Of a stretch of 64,000 bases of DNA, positions 9,868 to 21,173 are shown piece after piece. The notes under the pieces were generated by a model. The model saw nothing but the letters and a program-made list of their open reading frames with translations. It ran no database searches and was not told the DNA's origin. The position numbers were made by a program, and so were the translations under genes. Within the stretch, counting starts at the first letter, position 1; each line of letters starts with the position of its first letter. Origin of the DNA: an uncultured Planctomycetaceae bacterium (GTDB lineage: Bacteria; Planctomycetota; Planctomycetia; Planctomycetales; Planctomycetaceae); assembly GCA_963815195.1 (NCBI GenBank), contig CAWFGE010000012.1:960001-1024000 (forward strand), read 5' to 3'.

Positions 9868-10349
9868 GAGAAGCGCGATGTCGTTGGTTTGTGGACCGAG
9901 CGGTTCCAAAAATCTTTGACCTCTGTATGGAGGATACGAAGATTTGCACTCGTAAGTTCATGGGCTATTGGAATCCGCGTAATTGCCCTTATGGGAAGCC
10001 CTTCATGAATTGACCGAATGAACGTTCTCATGGACGGTTCGTGAACGCCAATGAGGTAGGTTGGACCAGGAATGCGGAGCAATCTCTCGATGTCTTTCTT
10101 CGTCGTGGAGATAACGAGGTTTTTAGATTTCTCCGTAATCGGGGATCGTGTTGTCTTGGTCTGAACAAAGAAAAATGGGCGTTTCCCACGAACCGAATTC
10201 AACTCCACATAGAAATCAATTGATGGCCATTTGTCGCCAAGAAAGCCAGGCTGAAAAAGCGGTCGCGGGAATTCCGAATAATCCGTCAGTGCGAGTTCCG
10301 TAATCTTCTCGCCACGGTAGCCCGTAACATCGCGTAGTTGAAGATTCAT
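9864..10349 (-). CDS. DUF4365-like PD-(D/E)xK protein
   Basis: G.RGE..., IDFYVEL...FFVQTKTT and PTYLIGV; visibly lower GC than flanks. Confidence 0.65.
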   Translation of the reverse strand: MNLQLRDVTGYRGEKITELALTDYSEFPRPLFQPGFLGDKWPSIDFYVELNSVRGKRPFFFVQTKTTRSPITEKSKNLVISTTKKDIERLLRIPGPTYLIGVHEPSMRTFIRSIHEGLPIRAITRIPIAHELTSANLRILHTEVKDFWNRSVHKPTTSRFS

Positions 10350-10463
10350 GGCTTAGGCGATTGGCTATTTGATCGTAAGACATCACACCAAAAACCCCAG
10401 ATTTTGTCGAAAACTGACGTGATCGTCAAATGTTAACGTTGCGATTCTTTGTCTTCGTCCTGT

Positions 10464-11576
10464 CTATTCCGCACCGAACATCTTGGGCAAAGAACCCACC
10501 GAGCGGACCAGGGCGGTGTCGCTGGGGACGGGGATTTCTTTGATGAGGCGGTCGATGATGTCGTCCGCGGTGATGCCCTCGGCTTCCGCGTTGAAGTTGG
10601 TGATGATCCGATGCCTTAGCACCGGCTTGGCGACGGCGCGGATGTCTTCGGAACTCGCGTAAGTCCGGCCATGGAGCATCGCCCGGGCTTTGGCTCCCAA
10701 GACCAGATATTGGCTGGCGCGGGGGCCGGCTCCCCAACTGACGAACTGCTGGATAAACTCCGGCACGTTCCCTTTTTCCCGGCGGGTCAGCCGCGGAAAC
10801 TGCATCGCATAGCGGATCACATGATCCGCCACCGGCACCCGGCGGACGACCTGCTGCAGCAACTCGACCCGCTCGTGCGACAGGACTTCCTCGACGGAAT
10901 GTTTTATATCGGCCGTGGTCTGGCGGACGATCTGGAACTCTTCCTCCTCATCGGGATAATCGACCAGAATCTCGAACATGAACCGGTCGAGTTGGGCTTC
11001 CGGGAGCGGGTAGGTGCCTTCCTGCTCGATGGGGTTTTGGGTGGCGAGGACGAAGAACAAATCCGGCAGCGCGTGCCGTTTCCCGCCGGCCGTGACTTGA
11101 TGTTCCTGCATCGCTTCCAAAAGAGCGGCCTGCGTTTTGGGCGGGGTGCGGTTGATTTCATCGGCGAGGACGACATTCGCGAAGATCGGCCCTTCCAGGA
11201 ACCGAAACTCCCGCGCCCCGGTTTGCTTGTCTTCCTGGATGACTTCGGTCCCCGTGATGTCGGCGGGCATCAGGTCGGGGGTGAATTGAATCCGGTTAAA
11301 CGACAGGCTCATCGCGTCCGCCAGGGTGCGGACCATCAAAGTTTTCGCGAGGCCCGGCACGCCTAAGAGCAGGCAATGCCCGCCGGAGAGCAGGGCGATC
11401 ATCAATTCCTCGATCACCGCGTGCTGGCCGACGATGACTTTGCCCAACTCGGCCGTCATTTGGCGATAAGACTCGGACAACTGCTCGACCGCCGCCAAAT
11501 CGTTCTCGGCGGGATTGGACGGGCTGGTTATTTGCGGTTCGGGTTCGTTCACGAATACTATCCTCAGAGGCGTCAA
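10464..11576 (-). CDS. MoxR family AAA+ ATPase
   Basis: [63 protein letters not shown]. Confidence 0.95.
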   Translation of the reverse strand: MTPLRIVFVNEPEPQITSPSNPAENDLAAVEQLSESYRQMTAELGKVIVGQHAVIEELMIALLSGGHCLLLGVPGLAKTLMVRTLADAMSLSFNRIQFTPDLMPADITGTEVIQEDKQTGAREFRFLEGPIFANVVLADEINRTPPKTQAALLEAMQEHQVTAGGKRHALPDLFFVLATQNPIEQEGTYPLPEAQLDRFMFEILVDYPDEEEEFQIVRQTTADIKHSVEEVLSHERVELLQQVVRRVPVADHVIRYAMQFPRLTRREKGNVPEFIQQFVSWGAGPRASQYLVLGAKARAMLHGRTYASSEDIRAVAKPVLRHRIITNFNAEAEGITADDIIDRLIKEIPVPSDTALVRSVGSLPKMFGAE

Positions 11577-11680
11577 AATTGCAGGTGTGTCGCGACTCGG
11601 TGATTCACCACGAAGACACGAAGACGTTTCGCTGGTTTTTCTTCGTGTCGTTGTGGCTTATCAATCATTTCAGCGAAGGC

Positions 11681-14600
11681 TCAAAACCGCAAGGGGCCTA
11701 AGCCGACGAGTTTGGTTTTGGTGACGACGAGGGTGCGGGCCGGGCGGACGTCGAGGGCGAGGATGTGCGGGGGCAATTGCAATTCCTGCACGCGCTCGCC
11801 AGTCTGGGCATCGACGATGACCGCTTGAGATAGGGTGCCGGCGGTTTTCCAGGGGGCCGCGACGAGGAACCGGCCCGACTTGCGAATCGCCCAAGCCGGG
11901 GCCTGGGGCAGGCGATGTTTCCAAAGCACCCGGCCGTCTTTCCAGTCCAGGCAATAAATCGCCTGCCCCTCGGCGGCGTAGATGCGGCCGTTCTCGACGG
12001 CGATCGCCTGTTCGGGATCGGACAACGGTCCGGACGCCAAGCGATCATCCCAAAGCGGCCGGCCGGTTTTGGGATCGAGGCCGATGAGCGTGTCGCCGTC
12101 CATCAGCATCAGCAATCGCCCGTCCCCCGCCCACATCCGCGGCGCGGAGTTCGCATGCGACATGGCCCCCTGATATATCCACTCGGGCCCACTCTGGGAG
12201 TTGTCCGCGGCAAACTCGCGAATCTTCCAGTTCGCCAAGGACACCACGAAGCCCTCGCGGCCCGCGTTCTCGAACCGCACGGGCGGCATGAGCCAAGGCT
12301 CGGAGAAGTGATGTTCCGACCGCCGCCGGCCCGTGTTCGCATCCAGCACCAAGACGGACAGCGGGTGCTCAGTTTGGACGACGACGAAATCGGCATCCGC
12401 GAGCCAGGTGCGGTTGAGACCTCCGGGAGGCGAAACGCTCCAGAGGAGTTCGCCCGTGTACGCGTCGCGGCAGGAGACGTCGGCGGATTGCAAGATCAGC
12501 ACGCGGTCCTCGACGAATTGCAGTCGCGGCGGCGGTGATTTGTCGGTTTCGTCGGGGTCGCTGAGCGAAACCTGCCAGAGCGTTTCGCCGGTTTCCAAAG
12601 TGACCGCGTGCAGGAACTTCGCGGTGCCGATGACGAGATGCGTCCTCGCATACGCGGCCCAGCGCGCGCGTTCGTCCAAATGTTTTTGCCAACGCACGCC
12701 GCCGGTGTTCCGATCCACGCACACCAGGCCATGATCGTCCACCAGAGCGCACGCCAAAGTGGGGCTGGGCGGCTTGCCGGCGGGAAGGATCACTTGCGAT
12801 TCGGCCGCCTGCTCGCGTTCCCAAAGCCGCATGAGCGGAAGGCGGGGAATGTGCCGATCCGTCTCTTGGTAGGCTTTTGATTGCAAATGTTCGGGCACGA
12901 AGGCCGACGCGGGCAGGCTCTGGCCGCCGGTGGAAATGGCCGATCGGGGAAACTCGATCGCGAGTTGCCGCCAGCGCTCGGCGGCGGGCCGGAGATAGCC
13001 CTTTTGCTCCAAGGTGCGGGCCAGTTCGACGAGCACATCTTGGCGGGTTTTTGGCGCGAGCTTTTCCGTCAACATTTCCCGCCAGGAAGCCAGCGCAGCC
13101 CAGGCGTCGCCTCGGTCGCGTTTAAGCAACGCGATTTGATGCCGGGTTTCGCCGCCCACGAGCGCATTCGGAAACCGGCGGAGAACGGCCTGGGCCCCCT
13201 GAAGATCCCGGCTCTTCAGCCGCAGGGCGATTTGCTCGCTCGCCAGCCGGTCAATTCGGCATACGCCTCGCGGCCGTGTTTTTGGATCACATGCGCAATC
13301 TGAGATTCCGCGAATTGTCCAAACGTGCGGCGGGGTTCGTCCGGCAAGGGAAGCCCGGCGAGGTTTGGTTCGTTCAAAATGGTTTGAAACGTACCGATGG
13401 CCGTTTGCGGCAACGAGAGCCGCGATTGCGATTCGCCCAGGGACCCGAGAGCCTCGGCCCGCGAAGCCTCATCGGGAGAGACTTTGAGAGCCCGCTCGAA
13501 ATCCTCCGACGCCGACCCGGGCACTCGGTCCGCCAACTCTTTCCGGCCGAGCCGCATGAGAAGCTCGAATCGCTGCTTGCGGGCGGCGGTTTTCAGCGGC
13601 TGGTTTGCGATTTGATCCGCGGGCGTGGCGAGGGCGATCGCTTCGGCGTAGTGCCTGAGCGCGCTCTGAGGCTGACCGGTGGCTTCTTCGATTTGCGCGA
13701 TCCGCCACCGCGGCATCGCGGCCTGCGGATTCTGCGAGATGAGTTTTTCCTGGGCCTGTTTGAGTTGGGCAAAATTGCTGTAGGCGACGAGCCGCTCCGG
13801 TTCGGCAATCAACATCATATCGCCCGCGACGGTCAGGTTGCCGCCGGGATAGCGTTTGGGCTGCCCGCTGCGTTCGCCGGTGAGCCGGCGGACTTCGATG
13901 GCGGACCGCCTGGGAAAGAAAATCCGCTCGCCCGCCAGCGCCGCGGCCGTAGCCGAAGTATTCCGGATCGGTGTCCGGTGCCGGTGGTTTGGGCGAAAGG
14001 ATGTTTCCGGAGGCGGCGTCGAGGATCCACAATTCGTCCCCGCTCAGAATCAATTCCTCGCGCACTCCGCCGCCGAGGGGCCGCTTGACCACGCCCAACG
14101 CGTGCCGGATGTGATCTTGCTTGGGAATCGTCTGCTCCCAGAGAATGACGCCGGACTGGGCGGCGATGGCCAGGACGGATTGCGAATCGGTGGGGGCGGC
14201 ATAGACCACGCCTTGATGAAACACCGGCGGCGTCAGTCCCTGGCGGCGCGAATCCTTGAGGGGATCCTCCAAGGGGTCCGGGTCCCGCTGCGGAGGCGAG
14301 GACGGATACGTCACCGCCCACAACAACCGGCCGTCCGCGGCATCGAGAGCCGCCACCGCGCCGAACTCCGGCGTGAAAAACACCATGTTCTCGCCCAGGG
14401 TCAACAGATGATGCGAGATGTAGTTTTCCGCCTCGCCCACGTTCGCCACCGCCGAGGCCACACGCCGGGTCCATTGCGGGTTGCCGGTCTCCGCGTCCAG
14501 GCAGGCGACCATGACCTCGGTCTGCGGATGGCATTGCCGAAGCGCGACAAACGCCCGCCCGCCCGCGACGATCGGCGTGCCTTCAAACGCCCACGGTTGC

Positions 14601-15949
14601 GCGGCGTCCCGGGGCCGTCCCGCGAGCACCTTGCTGGGATCGCAGGACCAGACCAGCTTGCCTTCCTTGGCCAGGTCGAGGCAAACCAGGTGGCTGTTGA
14701 GCGGGGCGGTCCGCTTCGAGGCTCCCCCCGTCACCGGAGATCCCATGCGGGCATACAGCCGGTTCTCGCGAACCGTCACCGTGAATCGCGGAACGCCCAA
14801 ACGGAAATCGGCCGCATGCGTGGGCGTCGCCGTCGCGGACTGGTAAATCGCCGCCGTCTCGAGATCGGCGCGCTCCTTGATCGTGCCGTCGCCCGCGCGC
14901 GGCCATTTGGCGCGTCCGCTCAAAAGGTCGAACGCATAAATCCGGTCGGGATCGGCCAGATAGACCGTGTTGTTCACGACGGCGGGGAAGTAACTGAGCG
15001 AAGACTTTTTCACCCCCACGGACGCGGGTTGGAAATGATGCTCGGGCAGCGGCAATTCCCACTGGACGCCGCCCAGCTCCGGCGGCTTGGGGGAAATCAA
15101 ATTCCGCCGGGCGTTTCCCCCAAAGGTGGGGACGTCGCCCTCGGGCTGGGGGAAGTTCCAACCCCGCGATTCTTCGAAAACATCCGCCAGAATCTCCGCC
15201 AAAGCCCCCTGGCGGCCCGCGAGTTCGCCTTGGGCTTCGGGATATTTCTTCCCCAGATAGCTCAGCCAATTCTGGGCCAACTCCCGATCGCCTTCCAGAA
15301 TATGGCAGAGCACAATCCGGGCCACGACCGCGGCCTGCGGATAGGAGGAATCCGGATACCGCAGCACCGATTGCGGCCGGCCGGCGTCGGGGGGATTTTG
15401 CAGTTCCAAAAGTTGCCGCCAATAATCCCGGGCCGCCGCAAAGTCGCCCCGGTCCCAGCCCCATTCGCCGAGCCAATACAAGGCATCGTCTCCGGAGCTG
15501 CTGACGAACGCCTGCCGGACGATTTTTTCCAGAAGCGAGCGGTTTCGCGTTGCCAAGGCCGTGTCCAGCCACTGTTTCGCTTGAGCGTCGTATTTGTCGC
15601 GGTAAACGGCCAGCCCCTGGGGCGGCAGGTTCGCGAGGATGGAGTTGCAATACGCCGCCACATTCAAATACCGGCGGGGATTGATGGCGATCAGCGTGTC
15701 GCCCTGATCCGCGGCGACTTGCTGCAAGATCAAGATCGCCTGCAACCATTGCCGTTCTTTGATGTGGTCTTCGACCGTGGCAAGACGTTTGACGACTTCG
15801 GTGTTCGTATCCAATACCACCGCCGACCGCTCGAGCGCAGGTTTCCCCGCCTGGGCGAAGACCGTCCGCGCTCCGAACCCGATCACCGCGGACAAGACTC
15901 CCACTACAATCCCAACCCGGATCGGACCATAAACCAAATGTTGCAACAT
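11681..15949 (-). CDS. Large PQQ-like beta-propeller (BamB-like) plus TPR protein, split by several frameshifts
   Basis: Consecutive ORFs 13469..15949, 13216..13818 and 11681..13159 with repeated ALDA.TG..LW motifs; N-terminal signal/TM segment. Confidence 0.75.
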
Positions 15950-16115
15950 GAAACACTCGCAAGTCGGAAAAACGGATCTTCCCTTGCCATTGTAGTCCAC
16001 AACGCCACCCGGGGGCAGGGGGATTGAGGATTGATCAGCCGCAGGGGGGCACCGCCCGCAGGGTGGTCCGCCCCGGTTCAAACAACAACCGGACGCGAGC
16101 GCCTTCCGGCTGCCC

Positions 16116-17723
16116 CTACGTCCCAAAGCGAACGCCGGCTCCGAAGCGGTCCCGCAATCGGCGTTTGGATTCGTCCGACAAATCATTGCACCGCACATCG
16201 AGGAGTTCCAAGTTCAAAAATCTGCTCCTGTCGCAGAGCCGAGGGACTTCCGCATCCGAGAGGCCGGTTTTCCAGAGGCCCAAACACCGAAGCGGCTGGA
16301 AGTTTGGACTATCGAGCAAGTGCCGAACTCCATCGCCGAGGGGTTGATTGCCCAAATCCAGCACGTGGAGGTTTCGGCAACGCTCCGACGCCGCGAGCGC
16401 TCGGGCGCCCTGGGCTGTGATGGGCCTTTTATAGTAACCGCCCTCGGTGCCTTGCAGTTTGAGGCAGCGCAGGTTTTCGAGGAGCGAAGACTCCGCCAAG
16501 ATCGTTACGCCCTCGTCGCCGACGCCGGTTTCGTTCAAGTTCAATTCCTGGAGATGATGGAATTGGTCGGAGGTGAAGGTGGCCTGAATCGTCTTCGCGT
16601 CCATCGTACAGCCGGCGAGATCCAGGACCACCAGACGGTTGACATTCTGCGAATGGGCGATCGCCGAGAATTCGTTCGCGATCCCGGTGCCGGCCAGGTG
16701 CAGCGATTCAAGGTTGAGTTTCTCCGAACTGGCAAAGGGCTCTCCTTGAAGGTAAGCTCGTTTCAAACGGAGGTGCCGTAAGTTGCCCGTGCGGTGGGAT
16801 TGAAACAATCGATCAAGGACGACTTGAAACTCTTCCTCCCCCCATGTGTAAGTCGCCGTCTGGCTGAGATCGAGTGAGGTCAACCTTCCGAGCAAGGGGG
16901 ATTCGGCGAGGGCCGCGATCATCTCGGCTCCCCCCTCGCCATGCCCCGAAAAATTCAGGGAGGTTAAGTTCTTCAAATTGGGGGATTGGGCCAGGGATGC
17001 AATGGTCGCCGCGCCGATTGGCTGGCCGGGCGCCCGTCGCCGCCATTCCTCCCATTGCCGGTGCGCACCCCGATCCGGTTGGTCCATCAATCGTCTTCCG
17101 CCCTCGTACGGAGACAATCGCAGCTGGCTCAAATCGAGCGCCGTCAGGTTGCGGAGGTATTCGCACTCGGCGAGCAGGCGGGCACCTTCATCGTTGCAGA
17201 GGCCCGTGTCGCGGAGGTTTAATTCTTTCACATCAATCAGCGACGGCGAATAGGCCAGATCCTCGAACGTGTGCCAATCCAGCCGCGTGTGCCGGAGGTC
17301 CAGGCTTTCGATCCGTTCCAGCCAAGGCGACGCGGCGAAGGCGGACAACTGCGTTTCCGGTTGCAACAGCCGCACGGACTTGATGGGGGCCGCTGCGAAC
17401 AACTCGGCCGCGTGCTCCAGAAACCGGTCGGCACGAATCGTGACATGTTCCACAAAGCCCCGGCGAAACCGCCAGTCCGTCACCAAATGCCGGAGCGGCC
17501 CCGCCCAGCCTTTCGCAAACTGCCGGCGCAATAAGTCCCCTCTGGTCTCAAGCGCCCAGCGGCGGTCATCGTCAACAGGCAGTTGGGCCAGCAGGCACTC
17601 GACGCGGATAAACTCGCCGCGGGGGTCGCCTTGTTCATCGAGCCAATCCGCATACACCAGCCGCGGCACATCATCGTCGGCCGCGGCGAGGATTTCTTTG
17701 AGGAAGTCCGCGTGAGTGGGCAT
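16116..17723 (-). CDS. TIGR02996 domain protein with leucine-rich repeats
   Basis: N-terminal FL..I.A..DDD.PRLVYADWLDE.GDPRGEFIRV, FRRGFVE, then LxxLxL repeats. Confidence 0.9.
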   Translation of the reverse strand: MPTHADFLKEILAAADDDVPRLVYADWLDEQGDPRGEFIRVECLLAQLPVDDDRRWALETRGDLLRRQFAKGWAGPLRHLVTDWRFRRGFVEHVTIRADRFLEHAAELFAAAPIKSVRLLQPETQLSAFAASPWLERIESLDLRHTRLDWHTFEDLAYSPSLIDVKELNLRDTGLCNDEGARLLAECEYLRNLTALDLSQLRLSPYEGGRRLMDQPDRGAHRQWEEWRRRAPGQPIGAATIASLAQSPNLKNLTSLNFSGHGEGGAEMIAALAESPLLGRLTSLDLSQTATYTWGEEEFQVVLDRLFQSHRTGNLRHLRLKRAYLQGEPFASSEKLNLESLHLAGTGIANEFSAIAHSQNVNRLVVLDLAGCTMDAKTIQATFTSDQFHHLQELNLNETGVGDEGVTILAESSLLENLRCLKLQGTEGGYYKRPITAQGARALAASERCRNLHVLDLGNQPLGDGVRHLLDSPNFQPLRCLGLWKTGLSDAEVPRLCDRSRFLNLELLDVRCNDLSDESKRRLRDRFGAGVRFGT

Positions 17724-17792
17724 CGCGTGCGGTTCACGAAAATTGGCGAATTCTTGTGCTTGAGATTATTTTTTTCAGCCTTTCCGGATTTC

Positions 17793-17877
17793 GGGTGCCA
17801 CTGGCAGCTTGCTGCCAGTGCCTTTTATGGCCTGCAAATTCCTAGCGAAACGCACTGGCAAAAGCACAGTGGCACCC
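17793..17877. repeat. REP-like palindrome (gggtgccactg...cagtggcaccc)
   Basis: Terminal 11 bp inverted repeat with internal cactggcagc/gctgccagtg hairpin. Confidence 0.7.
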
Positions 17878-17890
17878 ATTTTCGGCTGGC

Positions 17891-20800
17891 TCAAGACGAG
17901 CCCGGCGTGATTTTCAGCTCCACGGGCAGATCGGGCAGAAGGCTCGCCCCGTTTGGAAGCTTCACGGACAAACTGGCCTTGATCGTCTTGGCCTGGTTCT
18001 CCGCCGCGGGGGTGATGGAAATCTCAAACCCGCTCGCATCGCCCGGGACTTGAATCTCCTCGGATTTGTAACCACCCGGCAGTCCCGCCAGCGTGAGCGT
18101 GACCGGACTCGCAAACGGCGCGGTGCGGGTGATCGTGCCTTTAATGGTGTTCGCTTTGCCGGCGGTGAGCGCGAGCGTGTTCTTGTCCAACTCGATCTTG
18201 GCCGCGGATTTTCACCGGGAGCTTGAACGGATACGAATACACCGTGCCCGATACCTGGCCCGAATACGCATGCGGCACCAACTCGGCTTTGATGACGGCA
18301 TCCATCTCCGCGGCGGCCACGTCCACGGGCACCGCGACGCGGAGGAAGCCCTGGTCTTGCCCTTGTGCGACGGCTTGATTGAACGCGGCCCGGATCTTTG
18401 GCTTGTTGCCTTTCTTGGGATCCTTGGGATCGTTCGGCCGCGCGGGTTCCGTGGTGAGCAGCGACAACCGCACCGCTTGTGCGGACGCAGACGCGCCTTG
18501 CCGCTTGACTTTCACCGCAATCCGCGCCGGCACGCCTTTGAACAACGCCGCGGGCAGCCGGGCGACTTCGATCTCAAACGGGGCCGCAGCCCCAATCGTC
18601 GCGGGAAGCATTGTGGAAAACCCAGGCAGCGAAGCCGCGTTCACGGCCGGGGCCACGCTTGCCGGCCGGGTCAATTCGGGCTTCAAGCCCACGCTCTCTC
18701 CGATGAGCTTCAGGCCCTTAAAGCCGGACGCCTCGCGGCCGCCTTTGCGGACGAGGGTCACAAACAATTCCTGCCGGCCCTTGCCCGCGGGGATTTCGGA
18801 AGGGATCACCGAGATCGCCTGATCGCCCGCCACGCGAAGCTTGATCGGGCCGTTGTAGTTCAGCCGGGTGAGCGTCATCTCGGCGACAGCGGTTCCCTGC
18901 GCGGGCAGCGTGATCGAAGGCGACTTGATCGCGAGCGAGAAATCCGGAGCATTCGCGGGCAGGATTTTCAGGCGGTACATGAACTCAGCGCCGCCGCGCT
19001 CATTGAGATCCTGGATTCCGACTGCGATCTGTTTGACGTTCGCGGGCACGGCAAAGTCGGCTTCGGGATCGCGGTCGGTGCCGGAGTCCTCCTTGTAAAG
19101 CACGATGTTGCCGTCGGGAGGATTCCGCACGGTGAGCAAAGCATCCAAGGGGCTCGGCAGCGAGCGGGCTTCCACCGTGAAGCGAAGTTTTTGGTTTGGC
19201 GTCACGTTGAGCAAGTAGCGGTCTTCCTCGCCGGGCTTCGAGACAATTCCATTGATGACCACCGGCACATGGGCTTCTTTCTGAAAGGTTGCATCGATTG
19301 TTTGCAGACCGCCTTCGGCGCGGCTTCCGCGACTTCCACAGCCTGCGGAAACCGCAACGCCGGCGTGGGACCGACCGCTTTCCAGCCCGCGAGAAACTTG
19401 GGCGAAAGCATTTCCGCGCTCGGGGCTTTGGAAAGCTGGGCGACGAGCGTGGTGCCTTCGGGAATGCCCCGGCCCAAGGGTTTGAGCGTGACTTTGTTGC
19501 CGTCTTCGATCTTCGCGGGAAACCACAAATCGACCGAGCGGAAATCGCCGAGCTTCAAACGAAATCGGTTCGGACCGGGGGCTTTGTAAGCCAGGTCGTG
19601 CACCTCGGCGAAGTAGAGGCCGTCCTCGGGCAGGCGGACTTCCACGCGGGAATCGCCGCGGAGCAGCGCATGGCCCCAACCAATGACCAAAGGCGTGCCG
19701 CGGGCGGTCTTGATCTCGACAACCGGATCCATCGCCGACCCCAGCCGCCGGGCTTCCACCTCGGCCGCCACCCGCTCGCCGGCCTGGCCTTGGAAGTAAA
19801 TCCGCAAGGCGTCCGCGCCGGCAATCTGCCCGGAAAACGCGGCCGGGAGTTTCGCGGGCTGATCCGGCGCTGTGCCGGCGGCGGGTTGCTGCGGCAACGT
19901 GTCGATCGCCATCGCGACCGGCAAACTCACGCCTTGATCGGTTCCCACAAACAGCGGAAACCATCCCAGCGGACAATCGCCGGGAAGAGTCACTTCGACA
20001 GACAGCCGCCCGGCGTTCGAGCCTTTGAGCACTTTTTGCTCGAGCGTCACGCCGGGCAGAATGATCTTAGGATTCGGCTCCAAATTGGATCCCGTCAGCG
20101 TCAACCGCGTCGCATTTCCCGCTTCCAAACCATGCAGCGAAGTCGCGGTGATCGTCGGCCGAGGCGTCGCCGCCGGCGGAGGTGAGGCTTCCTGTTTCGC
20201 CAATTCGTCCGCGTTCGGGCCGGCCACTTCGCGAAACAGCCGGGCCGCTTCACCGTCATCGAGTGCCCGGTCAAAGAGCAGAAACTCGTCCAACAACCCG
20301 CTCGCAAACTCGGTGGTCGGCGTGCTGGAACCCAGCGTCACCGGCACGTTGTTGAGCAATTTCGCCACGTTGATGTCCGGCAGCCAACCGTCCTGACCCG
20401 CGATTTGGCCCTTGCTGACGGACTTGGGGGCGACCGATCGGCCATTGACATACAGATGTACGCGGAGATCGTCGCGGTCGGCATCGGCATCGGGAGCCGG
20501 AGCGTCGCCGACTTCCCAGCACACGGAAAGATGCACGAGCCGGCGGGTGTTGACGACGTCCTTCACCGAATACACCACCGAGCGAAACCCGCCGCCGTCG
20601 TTGATGTAAACCTGAAACGCATCGTTCGCCGGGTGGTAATTGATCCCGAAGTTCGTCGCGGCCCCCGCGTTCGACTCGGCCCGTTTGGCGACGAGGCCGT
20701 GAAAGGTTTTATCGTTGAGCGGGTGCAGATTCAGAAAGAAAAAACTCGCGGTGACCGCATCGGGCCGGTCCACGTCCGGGCCGTCGGGGATCTCGATCAA

Positions 20801-21097
20801 CTGTTTTCGCCCGGCGGTTAAGAGGATCGCCTTTTTGCCCGCCTGCCCCCAAAACGGGCTGTCCACGCGGCTGGCGCGGTTTTTGAGTTGGCCCACGTCG
20901 GCGGTGCCGCCCAGGACCGCGGCGTCTTTGGCATCGCCAGCGGGTTCCTCGAATCCAAAATCCACAATCGCCAAACCGCGCACCGTCTCGGGAGCCTTTT
21001 GAGCCACCGCAGGATCCGCGGCCCGGCTCACGTCTTGAAAACGCAAACCAACGGCAAGCACAACAGCCAACGAAGCGGTCCAACGGCAGTCAATCAT
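17891..21097 (-). CDS. Secreted LamG-like plus PPC-domain protein, frameshifted (~19300, ~18200)
   Basis: Signal peptide, LYVNG..G.LDEFLLFDRAL (LamG-like), then PPC repeats (EVEARRLGS.MDP, GEEDRY) across three frames. Confidence 0.7.
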
Positions 21098-21173
21098 CGC
21101 GGTCCTCTTTGTCGTCGTTTCAGGTTTAATGTTTCAGGATTTGATCTTGGATGCTTTAGCCGCTTCGCGGCTG

